Shown: positions 63,314 through 64,000 of the stretch, in pieces | Layout: each line of letters opens with the position of its first letter | How positions within the stretch are numbered: the stretch's first letter is position 1 | Source of the DNA: an uncultured Clostridia bacterium | Lineage (GTDB): Bacteria > Bacillota > Clostridia > Oscillospirales > Ruminococcaceae | Length of the DNA stretch: 64,000 nucleotides | Assembly: GCA_947629945.1 (NCBI GenBank) | Contig: CANRFR010000002.1 | Coordinates: forward strand, 519-64,518 | Direction: 5' to 3' | The notes under the pieces: generated by a model | What the model was told of the DNA's origin: nothing | Database searches by the model: none | Seen by the model: the letters and a program-made list of their open reading frames with translations, nothing else | Translations under genes and position numbers: made by a program

Positions 63314-64000
63314 ATGTTTGAGAATTACAAGGTATTCAAAACCACATTTGCGGGGCGCGAACTTTCCGTTGAAACGGGAAAAGTCTGCGGTCTGGCGAAC
63401 GGTTCTTGCTGGGTAAGATACGGTGAGACCGTGGTCATGGTCAACGTCGCCGCTTCCCCGAAGCCCCGCGAGGGCGTGGATTTCTTCCCGCTTTCCGTGG
63501 ACTATGAGGAAAAGCTCTATGCTGTGGGAAAAATTCCGGGCGGATTTCTGCGCCGCGAGGGTAAGCCGAGCGAAAAAGCCATACTCACCTCGCGCGTGGT
63601 TGACAGACCTATGCGCCCGCTTTTCCCGAAAGATATGCGTAACGACGTTGCAATAACGATGACGGTGTTGTCGGTCGACCCCGACTGCTCTCCCGAAATT
63701 ATGGGAATGATAGGCGCGTCAATTGCCGTTTCGATTTCCGACGTTCCGTGGAACGGACCTATCGGCGGCATTTCCGTAGGTCTGGTGGACGGCGAGATAG
63801 TCCTTATGCCGAACGCGGAGCAAAGAGCGAAGTCCGATTTGAATTTGACTGTCGCTTCTTCCGAAAAGAAAGTCGTTATGATTGAAGCGGGTGCGAACGA
63901 GGTGCCCGACGATCTGATGTTTGACGCTATTATGGCGGGTCACAACGAGATAGTAAACACGCTTATCCCGTTTATCAAAGATATTCAGGCGCAGATCGGC
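63314..64000 (+). CDS. pnp: Polyribonucleotide nucleotidyltransferase (5' part, truncated by the window edge)
   Basis: Translated by hand: MFENYKVF...DFFPLSVDYEEKLYAVGKIPGGFLRREGKPSE...DRPMRPLFP. Confidence 0.96.
   Translation, partial: MFENYKVFKTTFAGRELSVETGKVCGLANGSCWVRYGETVVMVNVAASPKPREGVDFFPLSVDYEEKLYAVGKIPGGFLRREGKPSEKAILTSRVVDRPMRPLFPKDMRNDVAITMTVLSVDPDCSPEIMGMIGASIAVSISDVPWNGPIGGISVGLVDGEIVLMPNAEQRAKSDLNLTVASSEKKVVMIEAGANEVPDDLMFDAIMAGHNEIVNTLIPFIKDIQAQIG

Overview
Chromosomal window from a spore-forming, roughly 50% GC Firmicute, most likely Oscillospiraceae/Ruminococcaceae (inferred from gene content and protein style). In order: yaaL-like, spmB/spmA and abrB; a sortase-anchored surface protein and a DUF6076-like protein; a dcw cluster (mraZ-rsmH-ftsL-like-PBP-murE-murF-mraY-ftsW-murG-murA-ftsQ-ftsZ, with no ftsA or murD); a polyamine operon (speD, Arg/Lys/Orn decarboxylase, speE, carboxyspermidine dehydrogenase, nspC) interrupted by unrelated cargo genes and palindromic repeats; SCP2, SGNH and hemerythrin genes; a PadR-DUF1700-DUF4097 module; ylbJ; a trimeric [FeFe]-hydrogenase; a degenerate EF-G paralog; a degenerate CCA-type nucleotidyltransferase coupled to an orphan BceS-like kinase; an MBOAT/DHHW/FkbH/ACP operon; hpf; an isolated intact phage terminase pair; patatin, rpsO and the 5' part of pnp. 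I found no tRNA, rRNA, CRISPR array, integrase or transposase. The best candidate for an undescribed system is the MBOAT-DHHW-FkbH-ACP operon (51.2-57.9 kb), which looks like a Dlt-type envelope acylation pathway that would transfer glycerate rather than D-alanine. Next are the orphan terminase and two families of intercistronic palindromic elements. All family assignments come from motif recognition by eye, not from database searches.
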